Assembly: GCA_964016885.1 (NCBI GenBank)
Contig: OZ024743.1
Location: forward strand, 2,232,001 to 2,296,000
Length of the DNA stretch: 64,000 bases
Reading direction: 5' to 3'
Source: Eledone cirrhosa
Taxonomy: Eukaryota
Shown here: positions 62,668 to 64,000 of the stretch, piece after piece
Position numbering within the stretch: the first letter of the stretch is position 1
Layout of the letters: each line of letters begins with the position of its first letter
The notes under the pieces: generated by a model
What the model was told of the DNA's origin: nothing
Databases searched by the model: none
What the model saw: the letters and a program-made list of their open reading frames with translations, nothing else
Position numbers and translations under genes: made by a program

Positions 62668-64000
62668 CATTGGTATTGTTGTTATATAACCCTAGGTCAA
62701 CCTTGAACCAACATTGGTATTGTTGTTATATAACCCTAGGTCAACCTTGAACCAACATTGGTATTGTTGTTATATAACCCTAGGTCAACCTTGAACCAAC
62801 ATTGGTATTGTTGTTATATAACCCTAGGTCAACCTTGAACCAACATTGGTATTGTTGTTATATAACCCTAGGTCAACCCTGAACCAACATTGGTATTGTT
62901 GTTATATAACCCTAGGTCAACCTTGAACCAACATTGGTATTGTTGTTATATAACCCTAGGTCAACCTTGAACCAACATTGGTATTGTTGTTATATAACCC
63001 TAGGTCAACCTTGAACCAACATTGGTATTGTTGTTATATAACCCTAGGTCAACCTTGAACCAACATTGGTATTGTTGTTATATAACCCTAGGTCAACCCT
63101 GAACCAACATTGGTATTGTTGTTATATAACCCTAGGTCAACCTTGAACCAACATTGGTATTGTTGTTATATAACCCTAGGTCAACCTTGAACCAACATTG
63201 GTATTGTTGTTATATAACCCTAGGTCAACCTTGAACCAACATTGGTATTGTTGTTATATAACCCTAGGTCAACCCTGAACCAACATTGGTATTGTTGTTA
63301 TATAACCCTAGGTCAACCCTGAACCAACATTGGTATTGTTGTTATATAACCCTAGGTCAACCCTGAACCAACATTGGTATTGTTGTTATATAACCCTAGG
63401 TCAACCTTGAACCAACATTGGTATTGTTGTTATATAACCCTAGGTCAACCTTGAACCAACATTGGTATTGTTGTTATATAACCCTAGGTCAACCCTGAAC
63501 CAACATTGGTATTGTTGTTATATAACCCTAGGTCAACCTTGAACCAACATTGGTATTGTTGTTATATAACCCTAGGTCAAACCTGAACCAACACTGGTAT
63601 TGTTATATAACCCTAGGTCAGCCTTGAACCAACACTGGTATTGTTTTATAACCCTAGGTCAACCCTGAACCAACATTGGTATTGTTGTTATATAACCCTA
63701 GGTCAACCCTGAACCAACATTGGTATTGTTGTTATATAACCCTAGGTCAACCCTGAACCAACATAGGTATTGTTGTTATATAACCCTAGGTCAACCCTGA
63801 ACCAACATTGGTATTGTTGTTATATAACCCTAGGTCAACCTTGAACCAACATTGGTATTGTTGTTATATAACCCTAGGTCAACCTTGAACCAACATTGGT
63901 ATTGTTGTTATATAACCCTAGGTCAACCTTGAACCAACATTGGTATTGTTGTTATATAACCCTAGGTCAACCCTGAACCAACATTGGTATTGTTGTTATA
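62668..64000. repeat. 44-bp tandem satellite, ~30 units, runs off the right edge
   Basis: CATTGGTATTGTTGTTATATAACCCTAGGTCAACCYTGAACCAA at 62668, 62712 and onward. Confidence 0.98.

Noticed and set aside
62668-64000. Link between the 44-bp and 22-bp arrays (2 x 22)
   Set aside because: No sequence similarity and no internal 22-bp periodicity in the 44-mer; treated as coincidence.

Overview
AT-rich, repeat-dense animal genomic DNA. The SINE, RTE and microsatellite content suggests a coleoid cephalopod such as an octopus; this is an inference. Only one host coding segment is recognisable: the first coding exon of an inositol hexakisphosphate kinase (IP6K) gene on the minus strand (7426-7624), whose remaining exons should lie left of the window. 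Candidate promoter and 5'UTR sequence lies around 12.8-13.2 kb and possibly 31.1-31.45 kb. The window starts in a 22-bp minisatellite (1-3175) and ends in a 44-bp satellite (62668-64000). Between them are decayed RTE-clade LINEs, an R4/Dong-like REL retrotransposon in a (TAA)n tract, a Helitron with a reconstructable empty site, TTAA piggyBac-type MITEs, a pogo/Tigger-like element, stacked tRNA-derived SINEs and many microsatellites. The most notable unexplained structures are a near-perfect ~450-bp inverted duplication (60691-61716), several compact fold-back or multi-branch elements (12.0, 13.6, 28.7, 53.1 and 53.5 kb) and a stop-free minus-strand frame through the 22-bp array. Most ORFs in the supplied track are microsatellite or antisense artefacts. 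Coordinates of degraded repeats are approximate.
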